From the NCBI GenBank assembly GCA_038225765.1, contig JBBRQW010000003.1:11-64010 (forward strand): a stretch of DNA of 64,000 bases, in the 5' to 3' direction. A model generated the notes under the pieces. The model did no database searches, was not told where the DNA came from, and worked only from the letters and a program-made list of their open reading frames with translations. Both the position numbers and the translations under genes were made by a program. Origin of the DNA: Caulobacterales bacterium. GTDB taxonomy: Bacteria; Pseudomonadota; Alphaproteobacteria; Caulobacterales; Caulobacteraceae. Position 1 is the stretch's first letter. Every line of letters starts with the position of its first letter. Below, piece by piece: positions 60,055 to 64,000 of the stretch.

Positions 60055-61235
60055 AACCGCTCCACGGCCATGGCCACGGCCTCACCGCCGCCAATGCACA
60101 GCGAGGCCAGGCCGCGCTTTTCGCCGCGCGCCTCCAGCGCCGCCAGCAGGGTGGCCAGGATGCGGGCCCCCGACGCGCCGATGGGGTGGCCCAGGGCGCA
60201 GGCGCCGCCGTTGACGTTGAGCTTGTCGTGGGGGATGGCCAGATCGCGCATGGCGATCATGGCGACCACCGCGAAGGCCTCGTTGACCTCGAAGAGATCG
60301 ACTTCGTCCGCCGACCAGCCGGCCCGCTCCAGGGCCCTGGCCATGGCCGGCACGGGGGCGGTGGTGAACAGGCCGGGCGCGTGGGCGTGGGCGCCGTGGC
60401 CGGCGACGTGGGCGATGGGGTTGAGGCCCAGGCGCTCGGCGGTCGAGGCGCGCATCAGGGTGAGGGCGGCCGCCCCGTCGCTGATCGAGGAGGCGTTGGC
60501 GGCGGTGATCGCCCCGTCCCTGGCGAAGGCGGGCTTGAGCGTCGGGATCTTGGCCGGGTCCGCCTTCAGGGGCTGTTCGTCGTCGGCGACGGTGACCGCT
60601 CCCTTTCGACCAGCGATCTCCACCGCGACGATCTCGCCGGCGAAGGCGCCGCTTTCCACCGCGTGGCGGGCCCGGCGCAGGCTCTCGACGGCGTAGGCGT
60701 CCATCTCGTCGCGGGTGAACTGATAGGCGGCCGCCGTCTCCTCGGCGAAGGCCCCCATCAGCTTGCCGCTCTCATAGGCGTCCTCCAGGCCGTCGAGGTA
60801 CATGGAATCGATCACCCGGTCGTGGCCGATGCGCGCCCCGGCCCGGTGCTTGGCCAGCAGATAAGGGGCGTTGGACATGCTCTCCATACCGCCGGCGACG
60901 ATGATGTCGGCCGAGCCGGCGGCCAGGGCGTCATGGGCCATGATGGCCGCCTGCATTCCCGAGCCGCACATCTTGTTGACCGTGGTGGCCTGGACCGAGG
61001 TCGGCAGGCCAGCGCCCAGCGCCGCCTGGCGCGCCGGGGCCTGGCCGAGGCCCGCCGGCAGGACGCAGCCCATGAAGATCTGATCGACGGCGTCCGCCGA
61101 CACGCCCGCCCGCTCCACCGTCGCCCGCACCGCCGCCGCGCCAAGCTCGGTGGCGCTGGCCCCGGCCAGGGCGCCCTGGAAGCCGCCCATGGGCGTGCGC
61201 GCGTAGGAGGCGATGACGATGGGATCGGCGGACAT
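60051..61235 (-). CDS. acetyl-CoA C-acyltransferase (thiolase)
   Basis: MSADPIVIASYARTPMGGFQG...; active-site NKMCGSGM; C-terminal NVNGGACALGHPIGASG and CIGGGEAVAM. Confidence 0.93.
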   Translation of the reverse strand: MSADPIVIASYARTPMGGFQGALAGASATELGAAAVRATVERAGVSADAVDQIFMGCVLPAGLGQAPARQAALGAGLPTSVQATTVNKMCGSGMQAAIMAHDALAAGSADIIVAGGMESMSNAPYLLAKHRAGARIGHDRVIDSMYLDGLEDAYESGKLMGAFAEETAAAYQFTRDEMDAYAVESLRRARHAVESGAFAGEIVAVEIAGRKGAVTVADDEQPLKADPAKIPTLKPAFARDGAITAANASSISDGAAALTLMRASTAERLGLNPIAHVAGHGAHAHAPGLFTTAPVPAMARALERAGWSADEVDLFEVNEAFAVVAMIAMRDLAIPHDKLNVNGGACALGHPIGASGARILATLLAALEARGEKRGLASLCIGGGEAVAMAVERF

Positions 61236-61376
61236 GGGATGGCGGCTCCGTGGGGGTGAGTGGGATGTGGCGGCCCAACGACCGGGCCGCAAGGTATCTA
61301 CAACGTCGCCTTCTCCGGCTGCGCTGACTATCCCTCTCCCACTCATCCCGCGAACGCGGGGATCAGCGGGAGGAGT

Positions 61377-62579
61377 TTAGCTCACCGCGCGCGCAAGGGT
61401 TTTGGCAGGCTCCCCCGCCACTGTCGCCGCGATGAACCCGCCGCCCAGGACGCGGCTCGGCTGGGCGGCGTCGTAGAGGGCGCAGGCCTGGCCGGGGGAG
61501 ACGGCCTCTTCGGGGGTGTCGAACACCACCCGCATTTCGCCGTTGGCGGACAGAGCGAGGCGCGCCGGGGCCGGGGGCGCGGTGGAGCGGACGCGAGCCA
61601 GGACCGCGTTGCCGGCCGCCGCGGCGCCTTCCATCGAAGCCTCGTCGCCCAGCCAGTTGCCTTCCTTGAGCGTCAGCGCGCCGACCCGCAGGGCCTCGCG
61701 CGGTCCGACAACCACCTCGCGGCGAGCGGCGTCCAGGCGGGTCACGAACAGGGGATCGCCCACCGCCACCTTGAGGCCCCGCCTCTGGCCAACCGTATAG
61801 CCCGTCACGCCCGCGTGACGGCCCAGCACCCGCCCGTCGAGATGAACGATGTCGCCGGCCGCCGCGCCGCCGGGGCGCAGGCGGTCGATCACCGTGGTGT
61901 AGCGGCCCTCGGGCACGAAGCAGATGTCCTGGCTGTCGGGCTTGTCGGCGATCGCCAGGCCAAGGCCGGCGGCGACGCGCCGAACCTGGGGCTTTTCGAG
62001 ATCGCCGAGCGGAAAGCGCAGATAGCCCAGCTGTTCGCGGGTGGTGGCGAACAGGAAGTAGCTCTGGTCGCGCGCGGTGTCGCGAGCGCGGTGCAGGCGG
62101 GGCGGCCCCTCCCCACCTGCCCGGCGCACGTAGTGGCCGGTGGCCATGGCCGCGGCCCCCAGATCGCGGGCCACCTCCAACAAGTCGCGGAACTTCACCG
62201 TCTGATTGCACCGGACGCAGGGAATCGGCGTCTCGCCGCGCCCGTAGGCATCGACGAAATCCTCGATCACCGCCGCGCGGAAGCGGCTTTCGTAGTCGAG
62301 GACGTAGTGGGCGATGCCCAGGCTCTCGGCCGCCGCGCGGGCGTCGGCGATGTCTTGCCCGGCGCAGCAGGCCCCCTTGCGGCGCGCCGCCGCGCCGTGG
62401 TCGTAGAACTGCAGGGTGACGCCCACCACCTCATAGCCGGCGCGGGCGAGAAGCGCGGCGGCGACGGTGGAATCGACGCCGCCCGACATCGCCGCCACCA
62501 CCCGTGCGCCGGCGGGCAGGCCGACGGCGGCGCGGGCGGCGATCGCGCCTTCGTCGAGGGAGGTTGAGTCGAGGGGCAT
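61377..62579 (-). CDS. mnmA: tRNA 2-thiouridine(34) synthase MnmA
   Basis: PP-loop [30 protein letters not shown] and DQSYFL. Confidence 0.93.
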   Translation of the reverse strand: MPLDSTSLDEGAIAARAAVGLPAGARVVAAMSGGVDSTVAAALLARAGYEVVGVTLQFYDHGAAARRKGACCAGQDIADARAAAESLGIAHYVLDYESRFRAAVIEDFVDAYGRGETPIPCVRCNQTVKFRDLLEVARDLGAAAMATGHYVRRAGGEGPPRLHRARDTARDQSYFLFATTREQLGYLRFPLGDLEKPQVRRVAAGLGLAIADKPDSQDICFVPEGRYTTVIDRLRPGGAAAGDIVHLDGRVLGRHAGVTGYTVGQRRGLKVAVGDPLFVTRLDAARREVVVGPREALRVGALTLKEGNWLGDEASMEGAAAAGNAVLARVRSTAPPAPARLALSANGEMRVVFDTPEEAVSPGQACALYDAAQPSRVLGGGFIAATVAGEPAKTLARAVS

Positions 62580-62757
62580 TCACCGCTTCCGAGATTTCGC
62601 GCTCCCCATGTAGCCCATCGCTGGGAGCCTTGCGAGTTGGCGTAAAGTCCAGGGGCCGGACGGATCGGCGAAGGCCTCGCCATTGCGGCGGCGGTCGCGC
62701 GCTGATAGCCATGGCGAAACACCGCCGCGCGGTCGGCTAGAGGGAAGTATTCAGATC

Positions 62758-63153
62758 ATGGGCCCAGGAAGGGCGAGGTTGAGCGAACACGCGCGCCGGG
62801 GCCGCCTGTGGGGGGTCCTGACCTTCGATCGTTTGATCACCGGCCCGGTGATCCACCTGGTCTACTGGGCGGGCCTGGGGGTGATCGTCATCGGCGCCTT
62901 CTCGGTGGTCGGAGCGGCGATTGGCGTCGCCTTGCGCGAGGGAAGCTGGGGGGCGGTCCTGCTGGCGATCCCGGTGCTGGTCGTCGGCCTGCTGGTGGTC
63001 GCCGCCACGGGGCTGATCTGGCGGGCCTTCTGCGAATTCTACGTCGCCATTTTCCGCATCGGCGACGATCTGGCGGCGTTGCGCCGCGCCGCCGAGTCCG
63101 AACGGGGCGAGAGAGACCCGAACGCCTACCAGAGCCTCGGCGCCAACCGGTAG
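62758..63153 (+). CDS. DUF4282-like small membrane protein
   Basis: ATG 62758. LTFDRLITGPVIHLVYWAGLGVIVIG..., two TM helices and ...WRAFCEFYVAIFRIGDDL. Confidence 0.55.
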   Translation: MGPGRARLSEHARRGRLWGVLTFDRLITGPVIHLVYWAGLGVIVIGAFSVVGAAIGVALREGSWGAVLLAIPVLVVGLLVVAATGLIWRAFCEFYVAIFRIGDDLAALRRAAESERGERDPNAYQSLGANR

Positions 63154-63800
63154 CGAACCTTCGCGGCGTAGGCGTCGTAGCCCGGCAGTTCGGCGCGCAG
63201 CATCCGCTCCTCTCCCACCGCCCGCGCGGCCAGGCCGGCGATCAGAAATGGGGCGAGCGCGAGGCCCACCCACGATCCGAGCATCAACGGCGCGCCGATG
63301 AAGAAGGCGGCCGCGCCGGCGTACAGGGGGTGGCGGACGATGGCGTAGGGCCCGGTGTCAATCACGCTCTGGCCGGGCTGAACCTTCACCACCGGCGCGG
63401 CGAAGCTGTTGACCATGAACACGCGCCAACTCATCCACACCGAAAAGCCGATGGCCAATACGCCGACGCCCTGGAGGAACGGTGGCACCAGCGACCATCG
63501 CCAGCGCTCGGCATCGAGGCCCATCAGCGCCAGCCAGACGACGAAGGCGGCGGCGGCGGCGATCACGAACCGCTGGTCCCAGGGCGCCTGCCCGGCCTGG
63601 CCGCGCCAGTTCAGCCGCTCGGTCAGCAAGGCCGGATCGCGCCAGGCGAGCCACAGGCCCACCGCCAAGCCCAGAACGCCGATCTCGATGAGGAAGGCCC
63701 AGGCGGCCGCCCAGGCCGGGTTCCCGGCCGCCAGGAGCAGGACAAACGCCATGGCCAGCAGCCACAACCCGGTCCGCACGATCAGCCGCACGACAATCAT
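63126..63800 (-). CDS. isoprenylcysteine carboxyl methyltransferase / phospholipid methyltransferase family membrane protein
   Basis: Polytopic. The C-terminal signature is VIDTGPYAIVRHPLYAGAAAFFIGAPL...EERMLRAELPGYDAY. Overlaps the convergent DUF4282 gene by 28 nt. Confidence 0.75.
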   Translation of the reverse strand: MIVVRLIVRTGLWLLAMAFVLLLAAGNPAWAAAWAFLIEIGVLGLAVGLWLAWRDPALLTERLNWRGQAGQAPWDQRFVIAAAAAFVVWLALMGLDAERWRWSLVPPFLQGVGVLAIGFSVWMSWRVFMVNSFAAPVVKVQPGQSVIDTGPYAIVRHPLYAGAAAFFIGAPLMLGSWVGLALAPFLIAGLAARAVGEERMLRAELPGYDAYAAKVRYRLAPRLW

Positions 63801-64000
63801 CGACTACGTCTCCCAACGAACCCCCAGCTTAGTCCAGGGCTTCGGCTCACGAAAGAGTCATCGGCTACCTCGGCCGAGGCCGCATCGGGAGCTTGGCGCC
63901 AATTCGCAAATCGGCTTAACGATTCGTTACCGGGCGTTAACCATTTGCCGCCCCTATTCGTTCGCGCGGCTTGGCGCCGATGGCCTGGGAGGTTTTCGAG

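Overview
High-GC (roughly two-thirds G+C by eye) alphaproteobacterial chromosomal segment, almost entirely ordinary core genes. All family names are recognised by eye from the six-frame translations; no database search was run. Recognisable core content includes typA, ccmFGHI, mnmC and mnmA, a murein transglycosylase, a LemA-TPM-TPM triad, pabBC, a valine-catabolism operon (mmsA / acyl-CoA dehydrogenase / hydroxyisobutyryl-CoA hydrolase / enoyl-CoA hydratase), purEK, the COQ9-like/rpsU divergent pair, a thiolase and an M13 peptidase. There are two tRNAs: tRNA-Met(CAT) at 3991-4067 and tRNA-Val(GAC) at 10684-10758. I saw no rRNA, no CRISPR array and no intact IS. There are two clearly accessory patches, both with lower GC. 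(1) Positions 1-3990 are the right end of an integrase-bearing island at tRNA-Met. It carries IS5 and IS6 scars and a two-gene cassette: a PD-(D/E)XK nuclease plus an unknown acidic partner. This cassette is my best candidate for an undescribed defence or toxin-immunity module. (2) Positions 36787-37990 are a ~1.2-kb islet with a BrnT/BrnA-like toxin-antitoxin pair and a frameshifted lipoprotein gene. Other points worth a second look: an orphan promoter plus Rho-independent terminator defining a ~85-nt candidate sRNA with a CCUCCC motif upstream of typA; and a tightly coupled orphan redox operon (Tat-signal unknown protein, FAD subunit, fused 2Fe-2S/molybdopterin subunit, double-ABM membrane protein, deacetylase with a frameshift hiding its signal peptide, OYE). 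Further points are an LvaABC/ACAD10-like kinase, small protein and acyl-CoA dehydrogenase trio; two paralogous Ala-rich lipoprotein expression units about 38 kb apart; and a highly structured GC-rich palindromic element inside the valine operon. Apart from the antitoxin, I recognised no transcription-factor gene in the 64 kb. Many long ORFs in the track are high-GC antisense or off-frame artefacts and were rejected.
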